A stretch of DNA of 64,000 nucleotides, taken from Candidatus Nealsonbacteria bacterium (lineage in GTDB: Bacteria; Patescibacteriota; Minisyncoccia; Minisyncoccales; CAZKCU01). The position numbers were made by a program, and so were the translations under genes. The stretch spans positions 253,307-317,306 of the forward strand of contig CP179888.1 of NCBI GenBank assembly GCA_047456305.1, in the 5' to 3' direction. Below, piece by piece: positions 1 to 10,009 of the stretch; the stretch's first letter is position 1; every line of letters starts with the position of its first letter. Below the pieces are notes generated by a model, which worked only from the letters and a program-made list of their open reading frames with translations, ran no database searches and was not told the DNA's origin.

Positions 1-40
1 TAAAAAGAAAGAATTTCTAAAAAGAGAGGAAATTAGAACG

Positions 41-2434
41 ATGGAAAGAGATATTCTTAGGGCCCGAGAAGGAACAACAAGAAGAGAAATAGAAGAAAAA
101 AGAGTAAGAGAAGAAGCTAAAGGGGAAAAATTAGAGAGAGAAAGGCTGAAGAGAGAAGAAGAAAAAAAGATAAAAATCGAGGAAGAAAGGAGAAAGGCTG
201 AAGAGGAAACGAGAAAGGCTGAGGAAGCAAAAAGAAGAGCCGAAGCTCTAAAAAAAACTAAAGAAGATAAGAAATTAGAAGAAATAAGGAAGATAGCCGA
301 AGAAAGAAGAAAAGAAATAGAGGAAGCTAAGAAAACAGAAGAAGAAGTACGGAAAGCCAAAGGGGAAAAGAAAAAAAGAGGGGAAGAAGAGATAAAATTA
401 AAAGAAGAAAAAGCTGAATTAGAAAAAGAGCTTGAGAAGCTCCAGGAAAAGAAAGAGCCCTTAGAAACAGAAAGGAATCAGCTTTCAGAAAGAGAAGCTC
501 AATTGAAAAAGACCTTAGAGCAGGTCTTAGAAAAGGAGGCAGAGATTGAAAGAGAAGAAAAAGCTATTGAAGAAAAAGAAAAGGAAGCAAAAACAGCTAA
601 AGAAAGAAAAAAAATAGAAACAAAGAGATGGAAGATAGAAGAAAAAAGACGACAGATAGAAAAAGAAAGATGGGAATGGGAAGAAGAAATTAACAAAATA
701 AAAGGTCAATTAAGAGAGGCTGATTTGAGGTATCATAAACTCCTAAGAGAAGAGGAAGAAATTAAAAACGATAAGAGAAAAATTTCAGATAGGCAGGAAG
801 AGATAAGATTGGAGAAAGAAAAAGCTGAATTAGAAAAAGAGCTTGAGAAACTCCAGGAAAAGAAAGAGCCCTTAGAAACAGAAAAGGCTCAGTTTTCAGA
901 AAGAGAAACTCAATTAAGAAAGTCCTTAGACCAGGTCTTAGAAAGGGAGGCAGATATTGAAAGAGAAGAAAAAGCTATTGAAGAAAAGGAAAAGGAAACA
1001 AAAACAGCTAAAGAAAGAAGAGAAATAGAAACAAAGAGATGGAAGGTAGAAGAAAAAAGACGACAGATAGAAAAAGAAAGATGGGAATGGGAAGAAGAAA
1101 TTAACAAAATAAAAGGTCAATTAAGAGAGGCTGATTTAAAATATCAGAAGATAAAAGATAAAGAGTTAGACCTCCAAAAAAAGATAGAAGAGGCTAGCCG
1201 CTTATTAAAAAAAGATGAGATTGAGGAAAAAAGAGAAGAAACAGAAATTGAAAAGAGAAAAAAAGAGGAGTTTTTGCAAAAACTAGCTCAAGTTAAAGAG
1301 GCAGAAAAAGAAGAGGCAGAAAGATTAAAGAAAGAGGAAGAAGAAAAGGAAAAACTAAGAGAAGAGAGAAGAGAAAGGGAAGAAATTGAGGAAAAGAGAA
1401 AAAAAGAAATAGAAAGATTAAAATTGGAGGAGAAGCAAAGATTGGAAAAAACCAGAGCTGAATTTTTGGCAGAGAAAGAAGGTAAAGAAGTAGAGAAAGA
1501 AAAATTAGAAAAAGAGAAAATAAAAGAAAGATTATCAGAAATTCAAAAAAGAGAAGAAGTAGAAAGGAAAAAATTCTTAGAAAGAATTCAAGGTAAAAAG
1601 AAAGAAATAAAAGAGGTTCAAAGACCAGTAAAAGAAATTGAAGAGCCCACTGTTCCCACACAGCCTGCTGTTCCTTTCCGGCCAACCGAGATTTTCCGTC
1701 CTCTTCCTCAAAAACCCTCTCTGGGAGAGAAATTTTGGGCCAGATTTATAATTTTTTTCGTAATTTTGGCTATCTTAGCTGCAATTTCTACCTTCTGGTA
1801 TTGGTTCCTCTTTATCAGAAAACCACCGCTGCCGCCCTCCCCTCCTCCCCAAAAAGAAATTATTATTGTCCCAGAAATAGCTATTCCCGAATCTTTAATC
1901 TCGGTTGAAATAATTCGAACTTTCGAGATTACGAAATCCGAAGAGACTCTCATCTACCTTTCTCAGATTCTTAAAGAAGACTTAGGGGAAGACCAGTTTA
2001 CCAGAATTATAATAAAAGATTTAACTAAGAAAAAAGTTCCCGGCCTGAAAGAATTTTTGGATACTTTCCAGGCCAAAACTCCAGAAGATTTTTATCAAAA
2101 ATTAAGCGATGAGTTCACTTTGTTTATTTATTCCCAAAAAGAAGGCAACAGATTGGGCCTGGTGACGAAAATAGAGACAAAAGAAGGACTACCAGAAATA
2201 CTAAGATTCTGGGAAGATATAATGGAAACAGACCTATCAAATTTTTTCGCTTTCCTGGGCAAGGATAAACCAGCTCTCAAAGATTACTTTACTAAAACCG
2301 CTTACCATCAGGGAGTTATTCGTTGCCAGACTTTTACTGAGGAAGATTTTGAAGCTTGTTATTTAATAACAGATAGTCACTTCATTTTCACAAGCTCTTT
2401 GGAAAGTATGAAAAAAACAATTGATAAGTTGTAA
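41..2434 (+). CDS. Glu/Lys-rich coiled-coil protein with one TM helix and a C-terminal extracytoplasmic domain; possibly 5'-truncated by the window edge
   Basis: 797-aa ORF. The frame stays open from nt 2 upstream of ATG 41. About 540 aa of E/K/R low complexity, then a Pro-rich linker, then the hydrophobic segment FWARFIIFFVILAILAAISTFWYWFLF, then a ~200-aa globular tail. No family recognised. Confidence 0.7.
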   Translation: MERDILRAREGTTRREIEEKRVREEAKGEKLERERLKREEEKKIKIEEERRKAEEETRKAEEAKRRAEALKKTKEDKKLEEIRKIAEERRKEIEEAKKTEEEVRKAKGEKKKRGEEEIKLKEEKAELEKELEKLQEKKEPLETERNQLSEREAQLKKTLEQVLEKEAEIEREEKAIEEKEKEAKTAKERKKIETKRWKIEEKRRQIEKERWEWEEEINKIKGQLREADLRYHKLLREEEEIKNDKRKISDRQEEIRLEKEKAELEKELEKLQEKKEPLETEKAQFSERETQLRKSLDQVLEREADIEREEKAIEEKEKETKTAKERREIETKRWKVEEKRRQIEKERWEWEEEINKIKGQLREADLKYQKIKDKELDLQKKIEEASRLLKKDEIEEKREETEIEKRKKEEFLQKLAQVKEAEKEEAERLKKEEEEKEKLREERREREEIEEKRKKEIERLKLEEKQRLEKTRAEFLAEKEGKEVEKEKLEKEKIKERLSEIQKREEVERKKFLERIQGKKKEIKEVQRPVKEIEEPTVPTQPAVPFRPTEIFRPLPQKPSLGEKFWARFIIFFVILAILAAISTFWYWFLFIRKPPLPPSPPPQKEIIIVPEIAIPESLISVEIIRTFEITKSEETLIYLSQILKEDLGEDQFTRIIIKDLTKKKVPGLKEFLDTFQAKTPEDFYQKLSDEFTLFIYSQKEGNRLGLVTKIETKEGLPEILRFWEDIMETDLSNFFAFLGKDKPALKDYFTKTAYHQGVIRCQTFTEEDFEACYLITDSHFIFTSSLESMKKTIDKL
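386..1146 (+). repeat. Tandem duplication, 2 copies with a 411-nt (137-aa) period, inside the E/K-rich CDS
   Basis: gaagagata...aaagctgaattagaaaaagagcttgagaa at 386 recurs at 797. The protein blocks EKELEKLQEKKEPLETE...KERWEWEEEINKIKGQLREADL are nearly identical. Confidence 0.9.
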
Positions 2435-2471
2435 ACTTTATATGTTTAGGAAAAAACTTTTTATTAAAAAA

Positions 2472-2804
2472 ATGAAAGAAAAATTAGAAAAGGAAAGGGC
2501 CTCAATTGAGGAACAACTTCAAAGTTTTGCCAAAAAAGATAAAAAACTACCCGGAGATTGGGAGACTCGTTTCCCACAATTCAATGGCGGCAATTTGGAA
2601 GAAGCAGCAGATGAAGTTGAGGAATACGAATCTTTGCTCCCGATTGAATTCAGTCTTGAAAATAGACTTAGAGATATTAATCTGGCTTTGGAAAAAATTA
2701 AAAAGGGGAGATATGGAAAGTGCGAGAAGTGCGGAAAGGAAATCTCCCGAGAGCGCCTCAAAGTCTGTCCTGAAGCCAGATTTTGTTTAAAATGCCAAAA
2801 ATAA
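2472..2804 (+). CDS. DksA/TraR-family C4 zinc-finger protein
   Basis: C-terminal CEKCGKEISRERLKVCPEARFCLKCQ (CxxC-x17-CxxC) preceded by a coiled-coil. ATG 2472 preferred over the track start 2421. Confidence 0.75.
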   Translation: MKEKLEKERASIEEQLQSFAKKDKKLPGDWETRFPQFNGGNLEEAADEVEEYESLLPIEFSLENRLRDINLALEKIKKGRYGKCEKCGKEISRERLKVCPEARFCLKCQK

Positions 2805-2859
2805 AATCTATTTGTAATGTTTAAAGTCTACATTATAATCGAAATTCGAACTTCCAGAT

Positions 2860-4407
2860 ATGCCGTCTAAAATTTTCTCAGCTGCCATAGTTGGTTTAGA
2901 CGCCCAAATTATTGAAGTAGAAGTCGATGCCTCATATGGATTGAGGCATTTTGAAATTGTCGGCCTGCCAGATAAAGCAGTCGAGGAATCAAAGGAAAGA
3001 GTGGGGACGGCAATAAAAAGTTCCGGCTTTCAATCTCCCCATCATCAGCCAATTCGGGTTTTGGTAAATCTTGCTCCAGCTGATTTAAAAAAAGAAGGGT
3101 CTTTATATGACCTTTCTATTGCTTTGGGTTTTCTGGTGGCTTCAAAACAAATAAAATTTGACCCGACAGATAAAATTTTTTTAGGTGAGCTGGCTTTAGA
3201 TGGAAAATTAAGACCGGTTAAAGGAACACTTTCTATTGCTCTGGCAGTAAAAAATGAAGAAAATTTTTCTGAAATAATCTTGCCCAAAGCCAATGCTCCA
3301 GAAGCTGCTCTGGTTTCTGCCAGAGTTTCAGGTTTAGACAGAAAAAACTTTAAGGTAGTTGGTGTCGAAAACCTGAAAGAAACTATTGATTATTTAGAGG
3401 GAAAAATTCAGCTATCTTCTTTTAAAGCGAAAATTAAGGATTTTTTTGGAAAACCGAATTATCCTGTTGACTTAGGATTCATTAAAGGACAGGAATATGC
3501 CAAAAGAGCTTTGGAAATTGTTGCTGCCGGAGCTCATAATCTTTTGATGGAGGGGCCTCCGGGCGCCGGCAAAACCCTTCTGGCTAAAGCCATCCCCTCT
3601 CTTTTGCCCCCTCTTTCTTTTGAAGAGTCATTAGAAGTTACAAAAATTTATAGTGTGGCCGGCCTCCTGCTGAAAGAAAAGCCTCTCTTAAATCTCAGGC
3701 CGTTCAGGTCTCCCCACCATGCTTCCTCAGAAGTTGCCTTAATTGGCGGCGGTAATCCTCCCAGGGCAGGAGAGATAACTTTGGCCCATCGGGGAGTTCT
3801 GTTTTTGGATGAATTCCCCGAATTCCATCGGGATGTTCTGGAAAGCCTCCGCCAGCCGATTGAAGAAGGGAGAATCACAATTTTAAGAGCAAGGCATTCC
3901 CTGACCCTGCCAGCCCGCTTTACCCTGGTAGCGGCAACCAATCCCTGTCCCTGCGGATACTACGGTGACCCAGAAAAGAAATGTAGCTGTACCCCTTCTC
4001 AAATTTCAATGTACCGTCGAAAACTCTCTGGACCTCTGATGGACAGGATTGACCTTTTTATTAATGTTCCCCAGTTAAAATACGAAAAACTGGCAGCTCC
4101 GGATGAGGAAAATAGGAGTTTGAGAATAAGAGAAGGAGTTGAGATCGCTCGCCGGATTCAACGAGAAAGATTCAAGAAAGAAAAAACCAACTCTGAGATG
4201 GAGTTTTCCCAAATAAAAAAATATTGTCAGATTGATTTAAAATCTCAAAATCTTCTGAGAAACTATGTCAATTCTGGCAAGCTTTCTGCCCGGGGTTATC
4301 ACCGAGTTTTAAAAGTGGCCAGAACCATTGCTGATTTAGATAACTCAGAGAACATTTCTTATAACCATTTAAGTGAAGCTTTAATGTATAGAATAAGAGA
4401 AGCCTAA
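2860..4407 (+). CDS. comM: Mg-chelatase-like ATPase, YifB/ComM family
   Basis: Lon-like N-terminal domain, Walker A GPPGAGKT, Walker B VLFLDEFPEF, CPCGY Zn motif, 515 aa. Confidence 0.9.
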   Translation: MPSKIFSAAIVGLDAQIIEVEVDASYGLRHFEIVGLPDKAVEESKERVGTAIKSSGFQSPHHQPIRVLVNLAPADLKKEGSLYDLSIALGFLVASKQIKFDPTDKIFLGELALDGKLRPVKGTLSIALAVKNEENFSEIILPKANAPEAALVSARVSGLDRKNFKVVGVENLKETIDYLEGKIQLSSFKAKIKDFFGKPNYPVDLGFIKGQEYAKRALEIVAAGAHNLLMEGPPGAGKTLLAKAIPSLLPPLSFEESLEVTKIYSVAGLLLKEKPLLNLRPFRSPHHASSEVALIGGGNPPRAGEITLAHRGVLFLDEFPEFHRDVLESLRQPIEEGRITILRARHSLTLPARFTLVAATNPCPCGYYGDPEKKCSCTPSQISMYRRKLSGPLMDRIDLFINVPQLKYEKLAAPDEENRSLRIREGVEIARRIQRERFKKEKTNSEMEFSQIKKYCQIDLKSQNLLRNYVNSGKLSARGYHRVLKVARTIADLDNSENISYNHLSEALMYRIREA

Positions 4408-5399
4408 TAAATATATCCTTTAATGGAAGGTGAACCTACTCTCAGCTTCCTATAATTCATTCTCCCTAAACCAATATAATTCATTTCTGAAAAAACAACT
4501 TTATCTCCTCTCACTTCTTCCACATAGCCCACATGACCATAATATCTATTGCCGCTAAGAGAAATTACTGCCCCCACCCGGGGAGTGCAATTGCTTCCTT
4601 TGCAAACTTTAAAACCAGACCTGATTGCCCCGTCTAACCAGTTTATAGCATTGCCCCAGCCAGGAATTATTCTTCTCTGAGCCACCCACCAAGTACATTG
4701 GCCCCAGGAATAAGTATGAGATTTATCGTAAAAATTACTAGTAGAGAGAGATGGTGGTTCCTCTTGAACAATTGGAACTGAAGGAAGTTTGCCGTCAGGA
4801 ATTATCAAAACCTCTTTCACTACAATGTCTCCGTCGCCAGAAAGATCATTAAATTCGATGATTTTTTCGGGATCTGTCTTGTATTTCTCAGCTATACTGC
4901 CAACTGTATCTCCTTTTTTTACTAAATGCATTACCCCAGAAACTGGCAAAATGAGAAGTTTTTGGTCAAGTTTAATCTTTGATTTTTGACTTAAATCATT
5001 TGCCCAGAGCAAAGTATCAAGAGAAATGCCAAAATGAGCAGCGATACCCGTAAGAGTATCGCCAGTTTGAACCGTGTATTCAATAATTCCTTCCCGGGTA
5101 GTGGTTCCCAGTTCGCTTTCAGAATCTCCTGACAAACTCCCCAAAACCTGAGGGGTAACCAAAATTGGAGGGGAGAAGGCAATGAGACTACTCTTTTGAA
5201 TTAAAAGGAAATCAGGTGATTCTTTTAAGGAGTTTTGAATTGGCCCAACAAATGGCTCCCCCCCACCTTCTGATTGATTATTTAGGTTAGCCAGAGAAGC
5301 ATTCAAATTTTGGGCTACCACAATTGAATTTACTTCTGACCAAAAGTGGTGAGGAATAAAAAGAAGAATTGAAAGTAAAATAATTGAAATTATCCCCAA
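4404..5399 (-). CDS. Secreted peptidoglycan hydrolase, 2x LysM plus C-terminal CHAP domain
   Basis: N-terminal TM/signal segment. LysM-like GDTLTGIAAHFGISLDTLLWANDL and GDTVGSIAEKYKTDPEKIIEFNDL. CHAP-like GQCTWWVAQRR...GHVGYVEEV. Confidence 0.8.
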   Translation of the reverse strand: MGIISIILLSILLFIPHHFWSEVNSIVVAQNLNASLANLNNQSEGGGEPFVGPIQNSLKESPDFLLIQKSSLIAFSPPILVTPQVLGSLSGDSESELGTTTREGIIEYTVQTGDTLTGIAAHFGISLDTLLWANDLSQKSKIKLDQKLLILPVSGVMHLVKKGDTVGSIAEKYKTDPEKIIEFNDLSGDGDIVVKEVLIIPDGKLPSVPIVQEEPPSLSTSNFYDKSHTYSWGQCTWWVAQRRIIPGWGNAINWLDGAIRSGFKVCKGSNCTPRVGAVISLSGNRYYGHVGYVEEVRGDKVVFSEMNYIGLGRMNYRKLRVGSPSIKGYIY

Positions 5400-5619
5400 A
5401 TAAAGGAAGGGGTCTTTTAGAGATCCCTTATTTTTTTGGGTAATCTTGTATATTTTTTCCTTTAAACGGCTCGAAAGCCATTTAAGGGTTTTTTTTAGTG
5501 GCGTAGGAATAGTTTTTTAACTTATCTATGCTTTTCGACCACTTTTCTCCAGTTTACTATTCCAAGCCCTAAAGTCAAGGGTCTTATCCACACCCAAGAA
5601 ACTATGCTAAAATAAAAAA

Positions 5620-6471
5620 ATGGACTTAACTTCAAAAAGAGATATTAAAAAATTGCTCAAAGAACGCCGTATTCAGCCGTCAAAAAGACTTGGCCAGAAT
5701 TTTTTGATTGATAAAGCTGTTATTAAAAAAATTATAAAGGAGGCTCGGCTCAAAACCAAAGACATTGTTTTGGAAATCGGTCCAGGAATTGGAACTTTAA
5801 CCCAGGACCTCTCAAAAGAGGCAAAAAAGCTAATTACCGTAGAAAAAGATTTAAAAATGTATGACATATTGAAGGAACTGTTGGAATGTTGGAATGTTAA
5901 AAATGTTGAGCTTGTTAAAGAAGATATTTTAAAATTTAATCCTCTAACCTATAAATTAAAGGCTAAAAGCTATAAAGTAGTGGCTAATTTGCCTTTTTAT
6001 CTTACTGCTCCGGCAATCAGAAAATTCCTGGAAACTAAATTGCCGCCAGAATTAATGATTTTAGTGGTTCAAAAAGAGGTGGCTCAAAGAATTTGCGCCA
6101 GACCTCCTAAAATGAATATCTTGGCTGTTTCCGTCCAATTTTATGCCAAGCCCGAGATTATAAGTTACGTATCAAAGAAATCTTTCTGGCCTTCCCCCAA
6201 GGTCGATAGTGCAATAATTAAAATTACCCCAACGAAACCCGGCGACATAATTATGAAACCCGGCAACGTTGATTTATTCTTTAGAATTGTTAAGGCTGGG
6301 TTTTCTCAACCAAGAAAACAACTTGTCAACAACCTCTCAAAAAAGTTAGAATTAAACAAACAAGGGGTTAAGTTCCGGCTTCTAAAAAATAATATTCAAC
6401 CTACTCAAAGAGCTGAAACCTTATTCATTAAAGATTGGATAAATCTAACAAAAAGTTATAAAATTAATTAA
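5620..6471 (+). CDS. rsmA: 16S rRNA (adenine1518/1519-N6) dimethyltransferase
   Basis: LGQNFLID and the SAM motif LEIGPGIGTLT; NLPFY; 283 aa. Confidence 0.92.
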   Translation: MDLTSKRDIKKLLKERRIQPSKRLGQNFLIDKAVIKKIIKEARLKTKDIVLEIGPGIGTLTQDLSKEAKKLITVEKDLKMYDILKELLECWNVKNVELVKEDILKFNPLTYKLKAKSYKVVANLPFYLTAPAIRKFLETKLPPELMILVVQKEVAQRICARPPKMNILAVSVQFYAKPEIISYVSKKSFWPSPKVDSAIIKITPTKPGDIIMKPGNVDLFFRIVKAGFSQPRKQLVNNLSKKLELNKQGVKFRLLKNNIQPTQRAETLFIKDWINLTKSYKIN

Positions 6472-6518
6472 TCATTATTAAGGATTTCAAATTATAGATT
6501 TTGTAGTATAATATTTCA

Positions 6519-8174
6519 ATGGCTCAAAAAATAAAAAATTTTTTCCTAAATCTTAAATGGAATAAAAAACGGTTAATCCCGACTTCCCCTCTCCCTAAAC
6601 GAAGATTGTGGTTTGATACCCGGGCATTCGCTTTTGTGCCAGTTCTTATTTTTCTTGGTATAGCTGCGGTTTCAGGTGCTTTCCTCACCTCATTTGGCCA
6701 GACGATATTAGGGGGGACAATCGGTAATCTTACTTTGGCTATTGTTGTAGCCATTCTTCAAATACCCTTACTTCTGGCAAATGTCTTTCTCTCTATGAGT
6801 ATTGCTATCTTAGGCGTAGTTACCTCGCCAGGATTTATCTCTCTTTCTTATACTAATCCAGCTGGAAACGAATTTCTCGCGGTCGGTTGGGCATTAACCA
6901 GAGATTTAGCCAATATAGGTTTTGTTATCATCTTAGTTATTATTGGATTAGCTACTGCTCTAAAAATTAGGGAATACCAATGGCAAAAAACTTTACCCCT
7001 TTTAATCGGAATAGCCTTATTAATTAATTTCACCCCGGTTATTTTGGGCCTAATTGTTGATGCTTCAAATATCATGATGCATTTCTTTTTAGGCGATATG
7101 GTTGATTTTACTTTTGTGGCAACGATATGGCATGAGCAACTAAATATCCTTCTTGACTCCGCTGCTTGGTCAAGAGACTTAAGTTTTCTCCCTTTTGCTC
7201 AGAGCCTTTTCCTAATCGTTTTCGGCTTTATAAGTGGCTTCATCTTTTTTCTCTTTAGCTTTCTTTTTATTTTACGATACATAGCCATCTGGATGTTAGT
7301 AATTTTATCTCCTATTGCTTTCTTTTGTTATATTCTACCAGCCACCCGGGACCTGTTTAAGACGTGGTGGAATCAATTTATTCAGTGGTCTATTATTGGA
7401 GTATCTGCCGCGTTTTTTCTCTGGCTATCCAGTCAGCTTTTACTCCTATCTTGGGAAGGAAAGGTAATGGGTGGAACGTTTGATACAGGAGAAAAAGCGA
7501 CAGCTCCCATAGCTGAGATGATGAATCAACTTTTACCTTATAGCATAGGGATTGGCTTCCTTATTGCCGGTTTTTTTGTGGCTCTCACCACCTCAGCTAT
7601 GGGAGCTACTGGCATTATTACTGCCACCCAAAAAGGAGCAAAAACAGCTCTAGCTTGGACAGCAAAGAAAACAGGAAGAGGAATCGAGAGAGGATTAAAA
7701 ATTCCAAAAGGAGCTGAACGGCTTGGCCGTTGGGCAGCTGGAAAGAAAATTTTTGGAGTTGCCGCGAGGCCATTAATAGGTTATGCAAAGAGACGGGGAG
7801 AAGAAGAAAAAAAAGAATTAGAGGGTTTACCTTTTGCAACTCGGGCGAAAATGACAAGAAAACCAGGACAGAGTATCCAAGATAGTCTCCGAGATGTAGT
7901 TAGAGGATTAGATGCGAGAAAGTTCGCAAGCGAAGCTCGACCTGATGATATAACCTTAGATGTGCTTAGAGCAATGAGTATGAAACAGGTTACCACAACA
8001 GGAGATAGGGGAAGCTCTAAGTTAAAGAATACTCTGCAAGATATAATCAGTAATAATTTTCAAACCCTCGCTACTGAAGTTAATGATCTATTGGCGGCGG
8101 GGAAAACTCAAGAAGCTAATAATTTAGCAGCGAAGATGAATCATATTATGACCAATACAAATTATACTACTTAA
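6519..8174 (+). CDS. Polytopic membrane protein, VirB6/TrbL-like (T4SS channel component candidate)
   Basis: At least 8 predicted TM helices followed by a charged cytoplasmic tail. Lies in the same locus as PrgI-like and VirB4 genes. The family assignment comes from architecture and context only. Confidence 0.5.
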   Translation: MAQKIKNFFLNLKWNKKRLIPTSPLPKRRLWFDTRAFAFVPVLIFLGIAAVSGAFLTSFGQTILGGTIGNLTLAIVVAILQIPLLLANVFLSMSIAILGVVTSPGFISLSYTNPAGNEFLAVGWALTRDLANIGFVIILVIIGLATALKIREYQWQKTLPLLIGIALLINFTPVILGLIVDASNIMMHFFLGDMVDFTFVATIWHEQLNILLDSAAWSRDLSFLPFAQSLFLIVFGFISGFIFFLFSFLFILRYIAIWMLVILSPIAFFCYILPATRDLFKTWWNQFIQWSIIGVSAAFFLWLSSQLLLLSWEGKVMGGTFDTGEKATAPIAEMMNQLLPYSIGIGFLIAGFFVALTTSAMGATGIITATQKGAKTALAWTAKKTGRGIERGLKIPKGAERLGRWAAGKKIFGVAARPLIGYAKRRGEEEKKELEGLPFATRAKMTRKPGQSIQDSLRDVVRGLDARKFASEARPDDITLDVLRAMSMKQVTTTGDRGSSKLKNTLQDIISNNFQTLATEVNDLLAAGKTQEANNLAAKMNHIMTNTNYTT

Positions 8175-8178
8175 GCCT

Positions 8179-8634
8179 ATGAAAAACCTTAGATTAAATC
8201 AAAATAATGGGATAACTTTTCCAGAAGAAGCTAGTTCTATCATTCGCTCACTTGTAGGAAAGTATGGGTTAGAAACGCTGGAAGAACTGATTAAAGAAGT
8301 TGGCTCATCAACAAAAGTATTAACACTTAAAGAAAAAAGCGAACTTAAAGGAAGACTTATAAGTCTTCCTGGTCGCCAAATAGCCAAAACAGTTAAAGAA
8401 GTTGCTCAGGAAAAAATCAGAAGTGAAGACGCATTCGTTGCTGCTCTCCAGGAACGCTTAAATATTCCGGGAAAAACTGCTAAAGAATTAGCTAAGGACT
8501 TGGAGGAGAAGGTTCTTAGTTTAGTCCAAATAACTTTTGGAGAAAGGGAAAAGATACCAACTGCCAAAGAAGTGGAGAAAACTAAACCAGCTCTTCCTAA
8601 GAAGCCAGACACCTATCGTGAACCAATTGAGTGA
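8179..8634 (+). CDS. Hypothetical soluble protein
   Basis: 151-aa ORF starting 5 nt after the VirB6-like gene. Ends in ...KKPDTYREPIE. No motif recognised. Confidence 0.5.
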   Translation: MKNLRLNQNNGITFPEEASSIIRSLVGKYGLETLEELIKEVGSSTKVLTLKEKSELKGRLISLPGRQIAKTVKEVAQEKIRSEDAFVAALQERLNIPGKTAKELAKDLEEKVLSLVQITFGEREKIPTAKEVEKTKPALPKKPDTYREPIE

Positions 8635-8740
8635 AGAAAAATTTAAAAAATATTAAGTATTGGAAAATAGACTGGTCAAGATTAATATCTTTCAAAATAA
8701 ATGGAAAGAGGGCTATTTCTAACCCTCTTCTTTATTTTGT

Positions 8741-10009
8741 TTACTTTGCCTTCGCGCCTCTGCGAGATTCTACCGCTTCCTTAGTTTTCTCCATCAACTT
8801 CTTGATTCTCTCTTCTTCGGTCTCTTCTTTTTTTTCTTCTTTTCCCTTTCCTTCAGGCATTCCTTTCTCTCCTTCTCCTTGAGGATTTCCCACCGGCATT
8901 CTCTTCCAGAGAGCAATGAGATCTTGTATAGGATTATCCGTTTTAACATCAAGAAAAGCGTTTCCATCAATTGCCATTCTTCTCTTAATTAGGTCCAAAT
9001 TCTCTGTTAGTAAATCTTTATATTTGGTAATAAAGCCCTCCGGGTTTTCTCTGAGCATTTTTTGAATATCTTCTAGAGATATTCCTGTTTGTTCAGTTAT
9101 CATTTCAAGCAGCGTACCAGTAGTCGCAGCTGCTCTTGCCTCGGCCTCTCGCTGACCAAGCCATTTTTTCAGGGTAGCGTCTCGGTACTCCTCTCGAGGA
9201 TTAATTTCTTTAACTTCAATTTTTCTAACATCTATTCCATAACGATCCAGAAATTCCTTTTCTAATAATTCCTCCTCTAGCTTCCCATATATTTCTTCCC
9301 CTATTGCTTCTGTCTTCTGAATCAATAGTTTATATGGCTTTGAAGTGATAGAATCTCGGACTGCCGGTTTTATCCGATTAACTATAGTCTCTAACCAACT
9401 TTGAACGGCAAACAGAGCCTTGCGAGGATTAACTACTCTCTGGGTTAAAATCACTTCTACATTTAAAGGTAGCAATTCCTCATCTTCAGCATTTTCAACT
9501 TCAGCCCAATAAATATCATCTTTAAGAAGAATGTAATCGAGCTTCTCTTTAGGATGGCTCTGAATTTCACCATTTTCTGCTACTCCGGTCCACTGAAAAA
9601 TATAGGTGTAGATTTGGTCAAACGGCCAAAATCCGTAATATCTTAAACCTCCAAATGGATGCCAACGTTCCCTTCCTTCCACAACATTTGATTTTCTATC
9701 TAAGGTATAACCTCTCCATTGAATTAAAGCTCGGCGAAACTGCCCGCCCTTAGTTACTTTATACACCTTTCCTTCCGGTGTTGTTACCTTTTTAAAAGTA
9801 GCACCTCTAACTACTGCCTTTGCTGTTCCCTCTTCTACAAAAGTAAAAAAAAGGTTTTTTTTTGCTAACACAAAGTAAATCAGAATAACTAAGAAAACCA
9901 AGGCTCCAAAAGTTACAACAAGGAATATCCAACCAAAAAATATAGTCCCTATTGCCAATCCTGCTAACAATCCAGTAAGGCAGAGTAACCAAAATATTAG
10001 CGCTTTCAT
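8741..10009 (-). CDS. SPFH/band-7 (prohibitin/stomatin-like) membrane protein
   Basis: Two N-terminal TM helices, then a band-7-like core (AKAVVRGA...VNPRKALFAVQSW) and an acidic/Lys-rich tail. Start set at ATG 10009, which has a strong AAGGAGG 6 nt upstream. The track start is 10162. Confidence 0.6.
   Translation of the reverse strand: MKALIFWLLCLTGLLAGLAIGTIFFGWIFLVVTFGALVFLVILIYFVLAKKNLFFTFVEEGTAKAVVRGATFKKVTTPEGKVYKVTKGGQFRRALIQWRGYTLDRKSNVVEGRERWHPFGGLRYYGFWPFDQIYTYIFQWTGVAENGEIQSHPKEKLDYILLKDDIYWAEVENAEDEELLPLNVEVILTQRVVNPRKALFAVQSWLETIVNRIKPAVRDSITSKPYKLLIQKTEAIGEEIYGKLEEELLEKEFLDRYGIDVRKIEVKEINPREEYRDATLKKWLGQREAEARAAATTGTLLEMITEQTGISLEDIQKMLRENPEGFITKYKDLLTENLDLIKRRMAIDGNAFLDVKTDNPIQDLIALWKRMPVGNPQGEGEKGMPEGKGKEEKKEETEEERIKKLMEKTKEAVESRRGAKAK

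Noticed and set aside
499-1685. Five antisense ORFs (499..696, 527..709, 910..1107, 938..1120, 1293..1685) encoding F/S/L-rich peptides.
   Set aside because: They are mirror images of the purine-rich E/K-coding strand, which has no stop codons in the complementary pyrimidine-rich frames. They duplicate with the 411-nt repeat and have no start context.
2421-2471. The upstream extension of the DksA/TraR-like ORF (MISCKLYMFRKKLFIKK) and the overlapping frame ORF 2506..2790.
   Set aside because: The extension overlaps the preceding gene and is hydrophobic or basic junk. The zinc-finger frame is the one that carries recognisable motifs.
8631-8882. An 83-aa ORF on the + strand.
   Set aside because: It is antisense to the Lys/Glu-rich C-terminus of the SPFH gene. 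Its sequence is low-complexity S/F-rich with no independent signal.
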